Of a stretch of 64,000 nt of DNA, positions 30,021-41,500 are shown piece after piece (the first letter of the stretch is position 1; every line of letters starts with the position of its first letter). The stretch is from the sequence record OP079919.1. One strand, written 5' to 3'. The notes below the pieces were generated by a model. The model did not search any database. It was given only the letters and a program-made list of their open reading frames with translations, and had not been told where the DNA came from. The translations under genes and the position numbers were made by a program. Source of the stretch: Klebsiella phage KPN8.

Positions 30021-30917
30021 TTACAGCATGTATTCAGGAGCGGTAACTTTAGCCGCTTCACGAGTCATCGCAGCAAGAGTTCCAGAATCGGTAAGACTCT
30101 GGAGAATCGCCGTAGGCTGCAGGAATCCGGATTCAGCACCGCGACCAGCTGGGTTATACATCGGGAGTTTGCTCAGGAAAGAACGAGCAATCTCTTTAGC
30201 GGCCTGGGTATCGAAATCGATCAGACCGGTGTATTCCATGTTGATGTCACGCATCTGACCAGCTTCGTCTTTGTTACGACGCATCTGGATTTCAACGGTG
30301 TTACGCGGCATGATGCCTACTGCAAGAGCAGCGTGGGCAACATCACGCATATTACGCGTCGGTTCCAGATAAATGTTCGCACAAGAGATTTGGTCGATCA
30401 GGAGATCACCTGGATCGTCGAGGATAACCGCACGAGGGTGACCCAGATCCGGATCGTTCAAACCATACAGAGACCAGGAGCGATGGAGGTTAGTATAAAC
30501 CTCACCTTCGATATCCACGCCAGCATGGTTGATAACACCGAGGGTACGAGTACCGCCCGACGGCACGGAGAATACACGGCCAGAGAAACGCTGTTCTGCG
30601 AATTCGGTCTCGATACGTTCAGAGAGACCGGTGATTTCACGACTACGCGTTTCAAACCAGGATTTCGCCAGTGAGTGGAGGATGTTACCTGCCGGCATAC
30701 GGCTAAACAACGCAGGGGTGCTGATACAGAAGCACCAGGTCTGCTGTTGAATATGCGGATGCTCGGAGACCATGTTGGCGATATTGGGAGCCCAGCCATA
30801 CTGGCCCCCTTGAGGGCCATTCAGAACAGGACGGTCGCCCACGCCGAACGCAGAGTACCATTCAGAACTCCCAGGTACCAGCGTGGTTGTGTTCCTAAAC
30901 GGAGTGTTGCTTGACAT
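30021..30917 (-). CDS. putative tail tube protein (298 aa)
   Basis: Highly codon-biased gene immediately downstream of the 719-aa putative sheath gene on the same strand (phiKZ gp29/gp30-like arrangement); the call rests on position and size only. Confidence 0.45.
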   Translation of the reverse strand: MSSNTPFRNTTTLVPGSSEWYSAFGVGDRPVLNGPQGGQYGWAPNIANMVSEHPHIQQQTWCFCISTPALFSRMPAGNILHSLAKSWFETRSREITGLSERIETEFAEQRFSGRVFSVPSGGTRTLGVINHAGVDIEGEVYTNLHRSWSLYGLNDPDLGHPRAVILDDPGDLLIDQISCANIYLEPTRNMRDVAHAALAVGIMPRNTVEIQMRRNKDEAGQMRDINMEYTGLIDFDTQAAKEIARSFLSKLPMYNPAGRGAESGFLQPTAILQSLTDSGTLAAMTREAAKVTAPEYML

Positions 30918-30932
30918 TTAGAGTCACCTTAC

Positions 30933-33092
30933 TTAGGAGTTAGTGGTATCGAGATCTTGTTCGTTATACGCGGCAAGACTCATGTTCATCATGTACTTAC
31001 CTTTACGGAACCAGACGTTAGCGACGGCGTTCAACACCGCACGACTGCCGGCTCCGGTCTCGTTATAAGTACAGTCAACCCGAAGGTCTTTAAACATGGT
31101 GCCCATACGACGACGAATAGCTGCTTCAGATGTGTCTTTTACCGTTGCCGCGTAAGTCGTAGCGTCAATGGTCGTATCGCCGGACACCAGTGTCCACGCA
31201 TCGGCGACAATCTTCTCAATACAAACCGCAGTGAAGTTAGTGATCAGATCTTTCAGCACAGAATCGTTATCGTCATACACCGTTGGAAGCGCAGGACGGT
31301 AATACTGAGACGTGTTGTACGGACGAAGACTGATACCACCTTCATCGAAGTTATTCGCAGCAGCGTCATCGCCTTCGAAGTCCATGGTCGGAGAATGCAT
31401 CTGAGTGAGGATACGGTTATCACCATGATCCGGAGAATTCACCGAGCTCAGGTTACCACCGCTATTACCGCCAAGACGAGCGAAGAAGTAAGCCAGGTCC
31501 AGCGTTTGCGGGAATTCAAGGCCGGTGCTTTCGTCGATGATCTTAGCATCCCACAGGGAGATAGCCGCACGGGACGCCGGAGTGCCGTAAAGCGAAGATT
31601 CCGGATACAGACGAATCTTAGTCGCCAGAGACTGCATCATGGAATAACGCTGGGCGATGGTATTGTCTTCCAGCCATTCGGAAGCCTGCAGGATCAGAAT
31701 CTGATCTTTGCGGGTGTTCCAGAGCTCGATCAGCGCGTTCTTAATATCCAGGTTATAACCCACATCCCAGATAACAGATTGGCGGTTGCGCGTCCAATCG
31801 TTAACAGTGGACGATTGAGCATAAGCCTGAATATCAGCCAGATACAGAGACTGGGCTACAGTCCAAGCGTCTTTGATACTCAGCTGGTCAATATGGCCGT
31901 TGTTGGTCGCCGGGTCGAAGTTGTAAGTTCCTTCAACCGGAACCGGTGTAGTCCGATCCGCTTTCAGGAACGGAGAGATACCGCCAGCAGCGTCGATATA
32001 ACCGGAGTTAGCGAACGGGTTAGCGTCATCCACCAACATACACGCATAGTACGGAACGTTGGTATGGTTGGTCAGCGTGAACGGGTTCATCTGACGAATT
32101 GGGTTGACGCCCGTTACGTTAACAAGCGCCGATTTACCGGCAGCCAGTTCTGCTGCATACAGCGCCGCACAAACTTCCTGGATGTTCTGATCGTAGACCT
32201 TGACTTCGTAGAACGGAGCAGGGCGCAGAGTCACCTGACGGTTGACGTTAGCGTTGGTGAAGTCACCCACTGCAGTCGCCAGGCTGTAACGAACATCGTA
32301 CTTGTCTTTGGTGTTGAACAGCGTGTACGTTGCCGATTCACCGCCATTAACGTTGGAGAAGAAAGTCGGGACGCCCGTAGAAGATTTTACGTACATTCTC
32401 ATTGAGAACGGGAACACGCCGTATTCTTCAACGAAATCTGACACTGAATCCCAATCCGTGGAAGCATCGAGACCCATGGTCAAACCGTGCAGGTTATATG
32501 CGTCACCAACGCCAGCCGGAAGTTCGAAGAACGGATACTGAGTAAACGTAACTTCTTCCCCATTCACCGTTTCGGTGAACGTCGATTTTACGAGCTTGCC
32601 GTATTCTGGCGTGGTCGGCGCGGTAACGTCGAGCTTAACCAGTTTAACGTAAACGCCCGGCACTGCGGTACCGCCGGTAACAGGGATCAGCTCACCGTCG
32701 TCGTCGAAAAGATAGCTGCCGTCAGTCGCACGCTGATACTGAGGAATAGATGTACCGTTCCCGATAGCGATGGCGTAAGCAACACGAGCTACTACGGTGT
32801 TGGCGGAAACACGGCGTACGCCAAAACCACCCTGACCGCCGGAGGTGATCATCGAGATCAGCCGAGATACCGGGGAGTAGTAAGGGGTGTCAACATCCAG
32901 GATATCGCCGTAAAGATTGGTAAAGTCACTTGAGTTTATGAAACTCTGTCCGAGTTCACCCTTAGGGGTGACTACGGGAATAACCGGGTAATGACAAGGA
33001 TACGTAGGCAGAGACGTTACCGGGTTTAAGCGGCCTTTATCGTCCATACCGTTATTGATGACTTGTCCCGGAATGATTTTTGTAAAGCTCAT
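30933..33092 (-). CDS. putative tail sheath protein (719 aa)
   Basis: Size and position resemble phiKZ gp29; strong codon bias gives a 482-aa antisense artefact ORF; AT palindrome promoter region upstream. Confidence 0.5.
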   Translation of the reverse strand: MSFTKIIPGQVINNGMDDKGRLNPVTSLPTYPCHYPVIPVVTPKGELGQSFINSSDFTNLYGDILDVDTPYYSPVSRLISMITSGGQGGFGVRRVSANTVVARVAYAIAIGNGTSIPQYQRATDGSYLFDDDGELIPVTGGTAVPGVYVKLVKLDVTAPTTPEYGKLVKSTFTETVNGEEVTFTQYPFFELPAGVGDAYNLHGLTMGLDASTDWDSVSDFVEEYGVFPFSMRMYVKSSTGVPTFFSNVNGGESATYTLFNTKDKYDVRYSLATAVGDFTNANVNRQVTLRPAPFYEVKVYDQNIQEVCAALYAAELAAGKSALVNVTGVNPIRQMNPFTLTNHTNVPYYACMLVDDANPFANSGYIDAAGGISPFLKADRTTPVPVEGTYNFDPATNNGHIDQLSIKDAWTVAQSLYLADIQAYAQSSTVNDWTRNRQSVIWDVGYNLDIKNALIELWNTRKDQILILQASEWLEDNTIAQRYSMMQSLATKIRLYPESSLYGTPASRAAISLWDAKIIDESTGLEFPQTLDLAYFFARLGGNSGGNLSSVNSPDHGDNRILTQMHSPTMDFEGDDAAANNFDEGGISLRPYNTSQYYRPALPTVYDDNDSVLKDLITNFTAVCIEKIVADAWTLVSGDTTIDATTYAATVKDTSEAAIRRRMGTMFKDLRVDCTYNETGAGSRAVLNAVANVWFRKGKYMMNMSLAAYNEQDLDTTNS

Positions 33093-33128
33093 GCTCTAAG
33101 CCTCATATTCGGAAAACGTTTTATTAAG

Positions 33129-33152
33129 ATATTTTTTTGATCAAAAAAATAT
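33129..33152. promoter_or_regulatory. 24-bp perfect palindrome ATATTTTTTTGATCAAAAAAATAT in a divergent promoter region
   Basis: Centred on GATC; 37-60 bp upstream of the putative sheath gene start (33092, minus) and about 100 bp upstream of the 33251 gene. Confidence 0.45.
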
Positions 33153-33250
33153 AGATGGCCGGCAATCGTATGTCTAGAGTCACCATAAGTTACTCTCGTT
33201 TAATTTAACCGAACCCGGCACATAACATTCAACATAAGGAGCGGGGAGTC

Positions 33251-34129
33251 ATGCTTCTCAACGCATACGAAACCACAGTTGGCAAACCCTTTGCGATCAT
33301 GGATAAAGTCCAGGGCGTCCTAAAATCGTTAGCGACGATGGATGACTTAGACCATTCCAGTAAAGAAGGGGTTTATTTCATTACCTATGAAAACGGCAGC
33401 CAACTTCCTCTTTTTATTTTCCCTTTAAGTTTATTGGATCATCAGCGTCGTAAAATCACTGTTGTTGACAAGCGCCCCTTCTCCAATAAAAAAGACATCA
33501 TCATTAGCCCTGTGGAATTTATCGGGCAGTTCACCGCGGCGTGCATTCAGCAAGATGTGTTTGAAGGAAACTTAAACACCATCAAAAATTCTCGTTATCT
33601 GACGACTCGCGGATACGCCAAATCCCTCAGCAATCGCATTGGGCGTCAGAGCGGTTTAGACCCAAGAGAAATGATTGAGCTCGCCATCATTCTAGGTCAC
33701 TTCTTTGTATGTCTCACAGAAAAGCAAAACGACGATTACCAGTTCGTTAGCGCCAACGTACTGAAAAATGCGTTGCAATTAGATCAGAGTATGACTCAGC
33801 CTATTATTGAAGAGATGGGGTTCATTTCAACCATCCCTGAGCTGACCAAATATATCGCTGATCGACCGGGCTTTTTCAAACTGAAGAATTTCACCCAAAA
33901 AGATTTTATCGGGTTGGGTAGCAACATCATCTTCAGTAACCTCGGCAAACAGGTTGTCGGCGCAGCACTGGAACACCCTCCGTTATTTACCGGATTATGC
34001 TTTATGGCGCTGAAGAACAGAATGTACCTTCAGACTGTTTTGGGTCAGCAAATCGATCCTAAGTACAACGAAAGATTAACCGATAGTTTTGTTAAAATGA
34101 TCAACGGGAATTATCCCGTCCAACTTTAA
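33251..34129 (+). CDS. hypothetical protein (292 aa)
   Basis: AGGAGCGGGGAG leader; divergent from the sheath gene. Confidence 0.8.
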   Translation: MLLNAYETTVGKPFAIMDKVQGVLKSLATMDDLDHSSKEGVYFITYENGSQLPLFIFPLSLLDHQRRKITVVDKRPFSNKKDIIISPVEFIGQFTAACIQQDVFEGNLNTIKNSRYLTTRGYAKSLSNRIGRQSGLDPREMIELAIILGHFFVCLTEKQNDDYQFVSANVLKNALQLDQSMTQPIIEEMGFISTIPELTKYIADRPGFFKLKNFTQKDFIGLGSNIIFSNLGKQVVGAALEHPPLFTGLCFMALKNRMYLQTVLGQQIDPKYNERLTDSFVKMINGNYPVQL

Positions 34130-34134
34130 AAGGA

Positions 34135-36738
34135 ATGGACATGAGTGTGTCGTTGGTTCAACCAAGAACTGACTTGATACGTTACGCCGAGTCCAATATG
34201 TGGTCGTCTCCCTATAACGATCAACAATTCAGGCTGGAGCTACAACGTATCAGTCCCCCAGTAGGGTTGGTCAATACCTTTACGTATATGGGTAAAGGGA
34301 GAGGATTACCCGATTCTACTACCCCTCATCACGTCTATACCCTTAGCGGTACGTCGCTAGGGTACTGGAACTTCATCAACAAAAATATAAAAACTAATCC
34401 AGTCGATACCTGGGTGAGAGTTGATTGGCTCAGCCATCAGCGTGGGGTTTATATTGAACTTTATCGTCCCGACGGCAGAATCTATCCAAGAGATTGCGCG
34501 TGGATCATGCGGACTTATGACGGGGGACACCTTCTTTGTGTGGAACGTTTAACCAACTACCCGCTGCCATTAAACGATAACTTCTATCTACGGTGTTATA
34601 CCCCTGATTGGGATATTTATCGTGGGGTGGAAGGAACCGACGAAAATAACGGGTTTCAGTATACCAGTTTCGTTGGTCCAACTCAGGCTAATCTCACGGC
34701 GCTCCAAACCCAACTCAATACGTGGAGTGGTTTAGGTGGATTATCGTCCATTTATGTCGATGGAATAAAATGTCCGTCACTTCCTACAGTGTCGGCTGTT
34801 ACGTCGAATACCATCGTAGAGATTTTCTACGATCCGACCGTTTATAGAGTCGATAACTACGACTTGAAAACTCTGCCGGACTTCTATTCTGATTTGGATA
34901 GCAAACGCAAATACATCGTTCACCCTCCTAAGGTTGAAGGTGACTGGGCTTTCCGGTACTTCGACGATTGCGACATCTACATCACGACCCCAACCGGGAA
35001 AGGACTATATTTCAATATCAATAGTCCGGATGCGTTGCGTCAACTCACTCACGCTGACTATAGTGTGAGTACTGATTACGTCGCGACCCTTATTGATAGC
35101 CTGACGGATCTTAAGAATCGAGATGACCTGAAATTGCAGGTGATTTATCGCAGCACGAACTGGAGTCACAATCTCGTATGGGAAGCCAATCGAATCAGGT
35201 ACCTTTACCGTCTTGATGATAATGGAATAATCAACGCAATGACTGCGGTCCACTCCACGCTACCTGAATGGACAGCCAGTGGTTTGGAAAATTCTTATTC
35301 CATGCTGATCAACAGACAGAAATGGGGAGAGCTGACCGATGAGAACATCGTTAAAGCATTGGGGTTCAATGCCCTGACTCAAGCTTTAGCATCGTCACCA
35401 GTTTCAATGCCCTACGTGGAAGGATACGCCGGTTATGACGTTCCAATTAGTTTCCAAGAAGCTTGCGTGGCTTTTGAGTACGATGCGGACGGTTTACTCA
35501 TTAATAACTACCCATTGACTAATGCGCTGAAATATGCTCCAACCAATCCGACCTGTGCTATGGTGGAGTTCATTGCTGGTAGTCCGGCAATCACCAGACA
35601 TCAAGTGATTGGGAGCGATCCAGTTACATTATTGAAAAACTGGTCTTATTTGGCTTTGCAATCTGGCCGGTTAGTCTCTACTGGGGAATCTGACGGGAAA
35701 TGGGTACCTGCGGTATTGGGTACTGACTATACCGTTACCAATGGTGTTCTTACCTGGATCCACGACTCAACAAACCGGATAGGTAGAGTTATCTTTAACG
35801 ATGTTTTCCTTTACAAGGATTTCACGTTATCACATCTTGATAACTCCATTTATTTCGCCATTACCGAAATATGGGAAGGCGGAGGGATAGCTGCGGATAT
35901 CGCACCGGCTAACATCTACATTTGGATGAACGGTCATCCTCTCATTCTTAACGTCGATTACGTGATGGATTACCCTAGGGTATTCATCAACAACAAGATG
36001 TATTTGAATGAGAGTGGGGAAAACGATTTTGTCGTGGCTGCGTTCGGGATAAGTACGAGTTTAACTCAGCCGGTAGAAGAATCTGAATTGGGTTATATCG
36101 TCGGCGGAACCATCGGGGTTAACGGCCGTTACAATATCCGAGATGGAAGAGATACGAGGCTTATCGCCGCGGGTCGTTTATTCCCATCTGATGGCATTGA
36201 TGATTCAGAGCAACACGCTCCTCAGAACGCCGGTTATTCTCTCAACGGTTACCCGTATCAGGTTAAGCACGTTTATCAGACCGTTCAAAAAGCGGTGGAT
36301 TTTAATAACTATCCTCGGTACGCCGAAGACAGGGATTTGGATAATCGTATCTGTACTTACCTGACGACGTATTGTGAGAAACCAGGTCCTGTCGTTTGGC
36401 CTAACATCTCCGACAAATACAGATTGTTTAGTCCTTTCCTGAATCAGATCGTAAACGCAATATTGCTGAAAATCATTACCGTCCCTGCACCAACCACAGG
36501 CGGGGTATTCAGCAAACAGGTAATCAATGAGCTAACCAAAGATTATCAATGGTTGCTTGATTACGATCCGGCTTTCTTGAAATACGACTTGCGGTATTAC
36601 ACAATCAATCCGTTTTCCATGGCGGGTATGCAAACTGTAACAACCGCCCAGTTACTCTTCATCACTCAGGTTAACGAAATCTATCTCAATAGCGCGTGCG
36701 GCATAGAGGGATATTTTGAGGTAAATAATAATGTTTGA
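34135..36738 (+). CDS. hypothetical structural protein (867 aa)
   Basis: Long ORF between 33251..34129 and the terminase. Confidence 0.8.
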   Translation: MDMSVSLVQPRTDLIRYAESNMWSSPYNDQQFRLELQRISPPVGLVNTFTYMGKGRGLPDSTTPHHVYTLSGTSLGYWNFINKNIKTNPVDTWVRVDWLSHQRGVYIELYRPDGRIYPRDCAWIMRTYDGGHLLCVERLTNYPLPLNDNFYLRCYTPDWDIYRGVEGTDENNGFQYTSFVGPTQANLTALQTQLNTWSGLGGLSSIYVDGIKCPSLPTVSAVTSNTIVEIFYDPTVYRVDNYDLKTLPDFYSDLDSKRKYIVHPPKVEGDWAFRYFDDCDIYITTPTGKGLYFNINSPDALRQLTHADYSVSTDYVATLIDSLTDLKNRDDLKLQVIYRSTNWSHNLVWEANRIRYLYRLDDNGIINAMTAVHSTLPEWTASGLENSYSMLINRQKWGELTDENIVKALGFNALTQALASSPVSMPYVEGYAGYDVPISFQEACVAFEYDADGLLINNYPLTNALKYAPTNPTCAMVEFIAGSPAITRHQVIGSDPVTLLKNWSYLALQSGRLVSTGESDGKWVPAVLGTDYTVTNGVLTWIHDSTNRIGRVIFNDVFLYKDFTLSHLDNSIYFAITEIWEGGGIAADIAPANIYIWMNGHPLILNVDYVMDYPRVFINNKMYLNESGENDFVVAAFGISTSLTQPVEESELGYIVGGTIGVNGRYNIRDGRDTRLIAAGRLFPSDGIDDSEQHAPQNAGYSLNGYPYQVKHVYQTVQKAVDFNNYPRYAEDRDLDNRICTYLTTYCEKPGPVVWPNISDKYRLFSPFLNQIVNAILLKIITVPAPTTGGVFSKQVINELTKDYQWLLDYDPAFLKYDLRYYTINPFSMAGMQTVTTAQLLFITQVNEIYLNSACGIEGYFEVNNNV

Positions 36739-38446
36739 TACCAGCACCACATCGACCACATCAAGTACGAGTGTTGCGGCGACGGGTCCTCAGTTACCTA
36801 ACTCGAATGATCTACTCACCCCACTCGATATTTCCAACCTTTACGATCCGGATACGGTAGCTGATTCTGATGCGTCAAAATACATCGTTGGTCGTGAAGG
36901 CCAAACGGTCATAGACGGATTGAACCAACGAGCTTACGTCATTACTCACGTTGGGACTGAAGATGCGAAATACAAATCAACGTTAAAACGGATAGGGTTT
37001 GTTACGGATAGCGACGACAACTCGAGTGACATCATTGGTTTACCGGGACGCTTTGCCGGCAATGGTGTTTTGGGAATCGACTACAGTGTCAGACCTCCTC
37101 GGGCTGTCATCGATGGTCGTGTATGGGCTCCTGATGCAGCCTACGGTTTGCTTTATAAAGGCGTGGTTATCGGTGATAGCGGTCAGGTCATTTCTGTTCA
37201 ATACGCAACTAATGGTGATTTGATTTCTAATCAGGTCCCGACTAAATTAGCTGCGGTTAACAACATGACCAACCACAGCATCTTCACCACTACTGCATTT
37301 TCGGTGACTCAAACGGCTGACGAACTCCCGGACGGAAGTTTGTGTACGCTGGTGTTCTTCGATGCTGCCGGTAACATGATTCCTGAACCTTATGAACTTG
37401 GCGTGATGCACACTGCGTTGCTGAGAGATCATCAGATCGGGATCAAGTATGTTTCGGCTATTGAACTGGTCTCTCCTTGGTTCACCGATACGACCGATCC
37501 TACTACGCTGAACATTCCTATCAACGTTGCGATGAGTTCGGTTCAATTCTCTGCGCGCATCCATTATAACGATGGGTCTACCAAAGAGCAATTGATTGAC
37601 GGGACCAAATGTGCGATCATCGGGCTCAATGAATATAAACCTACTACGGTGGGTCAGCGAGCTTCGATCGTACTTCGTTATTCGTTCGATGAGGACGAAC
37701 AGGCTTTAATTGCTACGCCTAATTATCCCGACATGATCACCCAGGCTTATCAGATCGTTTGTACTCAGGTTAACGGCGCCTACTCTCCAAAACTCTACAC
37801 TTATCCGGTGTGGAACGGAACAGGGTATTCGCTCAAACATTACCTGTACGATCTTACCCGTGGGTATGCGACTGACGTTACTCAGCATGTTACACTCAAC
37901 GACACGTCGCCAGCCTTCCAGCCGGCTAACTATGGCGTTCAGCAAGACATGGTGTTTAACCTGACGCTGTCAGACGTATCTTCGACGTTTAAAGCATGGA
38001 CGCTGGTACAACATACTTCTATTACGTTGTATAAAGCGAATACCGGCACGGGTCGTCGTTGGGCTATTCAGTACTCTTCTGCGAATAATCCTTACGTCGC
38101 TTATAACGTCGGGTATACCGAAGCCAATGGTGTTCAGTCCATTAACCTGGCTGGTTCCATCCTCACGATTTCTGATTGGTTGAATCGACTCTACTATCCG
38201 GTAGAACCATTGATCGATACCACGAAAGAATCGGCGGCTCTGGTTCCTAACTATATCCGGTTGGTTGACACTAACGGGGTTACTCACGACCTTGAAATCA
38301 ACGATTGGAATAAACCTCAAGCTCTCACTTCTCCTGTTGCAAGTGGCCAAACCCTCTTCCTGCAATGGATTCAGAAATCAGAGAACGGGGCCGAACTCCA
38401 ATTGGCGACCACGGGTGTTGTTGTAGACGTCGCTCCGAGCAATTAA
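36731..38446 (+). CDS. hypothetical structural protein (571 aa)
   Basis: Overlaps the previous stop by 8 nt; Thr/Ser-rich N-terminus; terminator at 38459-38488. Confidence 0.8.
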   Translation: MFDTSTTSTTSSTSVAATGPQLPNSNDLLTPLDISNLYDPDTVADSDASKYIVGREGQTVIDGLNQRAYVITHVGTEDAKYKSTLKRIGFVTDSDDNSSDIIGLPGRFAGNGVLGIDYSVRPPRAVIDGRVWAPDAAYGLLYKGVVIGDSGQVISVQYATNGDLISNQVPTKLAAVNNMTNHSIFTTTAFSVTQTADELPDGSLCTLVFFDAAGNMIPEPYELGVMHTALLRDHQIGIKYVSAIELVSPWFTDTTDPTTLNIPINVAMSSVQFSARIHYNDGSTKEQLIDGTKCAIIGLNEYKPTTVGQRASIVLRYSFDEDEQALIATPNYPDMITQAYQIVCTQVNGAYSPKLYTYPVWNGTGYSLKHYLYDLTRGYATDVTQHVTLNDTSPAFQPANYGVQQDMVFNLTLSDVSSTFKAWTLVQHTSITLYKANTGTGRRWAIQYSSANNPYVAYNVGYTEANGVQSINLAGSILTISDWLNRLYYPVEPLIDTTKESAALVPNYIRLVDTNGVTHDLEINDWNKPQALTSPVASGQTLFLQWIQKSENGAELQLATTGVVVDVAPSN

Positions 38447-38458
38447 GATTCGTTATCC

Positions 38459-38500
38459 TAACTACCGGTCTGAAAAGACCGGTAGTTATATTTTATATCG
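38459..38500 (+). terminator. rho-independent terminator
   Basis: TAACTACCGGTC-TGAAAA-GACCGGTAGTTA followed by TATTTTAT. Confidence 0.7.
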
Positions 38501-38529
38501 AGACCGAGACAAACCGACAGGATAAAACC

Positions 38530-41500
38530 ATGTTTGCAAGTAAAGACGAATTAGAACTACATCTTGCAAGAGAAAAACTTGCTATGATAGGAGCGACAGA
38601 AAGTCAGCTCCCCGAATACCTGCTCGATGACGACACAGAAGCGCTTCCCATCAGGACCCCAGAAGAATTGCTTCTAGCCCATTATCGAGAAGACACATTA
38701 AGTGCGATCAAAACGGTCAGGTTCTTAAAGGACTTCGAACGTTATAACGCTAAACCGGATCTGACGACGAAGAACATCTCTTTCTTAAAGGTTGCTGAAA
38801 TCTTTAGACTGATGGGGATAAAGAATTACTATTTCTGCCTCCAGCTCAACAATCCGTTGCTGATAGGGGTAGATCCTTACGACCCCAACCTGACAGATGA
38901 ACAAAAATTCATGATCCTCCAGGAGTGCCGTGAAAACTTCTGGTATTTCCTCCGTGAAGTACTTCATCTGAGCGGTGGTATTCAGTTCCAGGCAAACAGA
39001 GCAAACATCTGTTTCTTATGGTGTTATTTGTGCCACGTCAACACCATGCTTATCATTCCCCGCCAATTCGGGAAAAATTCTAGATTAGATTCTCTTGTAA
39101 AAATACCCAACGGTTGGAAGAAAATGGGGGATATGCGCAAGGGTGACGTAGTATCCACTCCTGATGGTAAAACGGCTAAAGTTACCGGGGTTTATCCTCA
39201 AGGTGTCACTCCTTTATATAAGGTTACTTTTAAAGATGGAAGAGAATCTTACGTCGGGTCTGATCATTATTGGACGGTATGGGATCCCGGTAAGGGTGAT
39301 GGCGGGGTCTGGCGAACACTGACCACACTCGAGTGCCAACAACGCATGACCGAGATGAAGAAAGCGCATAACTATCTTTCTGTTCCTTTGGTTCAGCCTG
39401 ATAATGATCCAGATAAGAAACTTGCCATTCATCCTTATGTTCTAGGTGTTTTACTAGGTGACGGATGCATCTCTAATAAAAGCGTTGTTGTAGCTAAACC
39501 AGATAAAGAGATGTTCGATAAGGTTACAGGGCTCATCCCTGAGTCACTAGAAACCTCATGGGTTGATGATAAGAGCTTTATCATCAGACGTAAGCCGACT
39601 AACATAACCCAGAACAATCAACTTAAAGATGATTTAACCAATCTCGATTTATTCGGATTGCGGTCCTGGGAGAAATTTGTTCCTACCGATTACTTAAATG
39701 GTTCTTATCGCCAGCGTTTAGAGTTGCTACAGGGTTTACTTGATACTGATGGACACGCAGGTACGGGTGGGAACATTGAGTATTGCACGACGTCTCCTAA
39801 ACTCGCTAAAGATTTCGTTTACCTTGCTCGTAGCATCGGGGCAATATGTTCTTGTAAAGAACGCCACACGTATTACACGCATAATGGCGAGAGACGCCAG
39901 GGGAGATTATCTTATCGCATTAGTGTTCGACACACACAGCCTTGGGAACTCTTCACGTTAAGTCGTAAACGAGATCGTTTAGTTGACAAAACACGAGGGT
40001 TAAAATTTAACAGCCGTTTAACCATGCGTTCCATTGAGTATGTGGGGGAAGAAGAGACTCAGTGCATTGAAGTGGACCATCCTGATCATCTTTACATCAT
40101 GGATGATTTCGTCGTCACTCACAACACTGTTTCTGCCCAGAGCATTATGTTCTGGCTAACTTACTTAACCGGGAAGTCTTACGAATCCCACTTAATCACC
40201 CTGAAAGACGATAACCGTAGTCAGTTCGTAGAGGCGTTAAAGGGTATCCGTAACAACATCCCGAGTTACTTAACCAACGTGGGGTGGCGAGATAAGGATA
40301 GCGGTAACTCATTAACCTATAGCGCGTTTGGGGATGATAAGAAAAACATCTTCCGTATTAGTGTACCTCAAATCGGTAGAGAGGCGGCTCGTAACGTCGG
40401 TCGTGGTTTGACTATCAAAACGCGTATGATTGACGAACCGGCATATATCAACTTCATGGAAGAGATACTTAACGGTGCGGGCCCTAGTACACTAACGGCT
40501 CGTGCTAACGCCAGAAGAATAGGTGAACCCTATGGGACGGGATTCATTACCACGCCTGCGAGTAAAACGACGGCAAGCGGCGAATACATGTACAACATGT
40601 TGATGGATGCGACCGAGTGGCGGGAAACGTTCTTCGACAGTTTTAACGAAAGTCATCTCTACCAACGTTTGATTAAAGCAAGTCCTGTGGAGGGAATCAC
40701 CAGTCCTACCGTAGGCATGGTTTTCAACTACTTGCAGCTGGGTAGGAATAAAGACTGGGTTAAGAAAACCATAGACGAGTTAAAACTCAGTTTAGCCGAA
40801 GCGAAGATCGACTTACTGTTAATGTGGGACGACGCCAGTAAAGGTAAACTTTTCGACGACTTAACTCGAGAAGCGTTAAACGAGGGTAAACGAGGAATAC
40901 TCTGGAGTCAGGAAGTAGGGAGTACGGGGTTGTTCATCGACTGGTTTATTACGCCAGAAGAACACACCCAAATCATTACTGGGAATAGTCAAACCTTTTA
41001 CGTAGTCGGTTGTGATACTTCCGCTGCGCAAAACCGAGACGCCTGTACTGTCGTGATAAGAGACGTCATGGACGGTAAAGTGATTGGGGTGGGTCGTTAT
41101 CCGATAGCCTACTTAATGGACGTGGGCGAGGTACTACAAACGATCCTGTTAGAGATTAAGAACAGCTTACTGATCATCGAGCGTAACTTCGCGCATCACA
41201 TGATCGACCAACTGCTCGTTAGTCTTCCTGCATTAGGCATCGATCCCTTTAAACGTATCTTTAATCAGATCGTACAGGATCCGGTTAAATACGAAAAAGA
41301 AATGATCGAGTTTAAACAACGTAATTTCGCTAACAGAGACAGTCACTTCTATCTGAGATTCAAACATTTGTTTGGGTTCGTTACCAACGCCAAAACGCGT
41401 GACGAAGTATATAGTTTTATCCAAGAAGCGGTAGGGACTACCGGAGATAAAATTTACTATACTAAACTCATCGACGAACTGGTCAACCTCAAAGAGAAAG

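Noticed and set aside
30957-32405. 482-aa plus-strand ORF inside the putative sheath gene
   Set aside because: Antisense artefact of a codon-biased gene, with Arg-rich composition resembling random translation.
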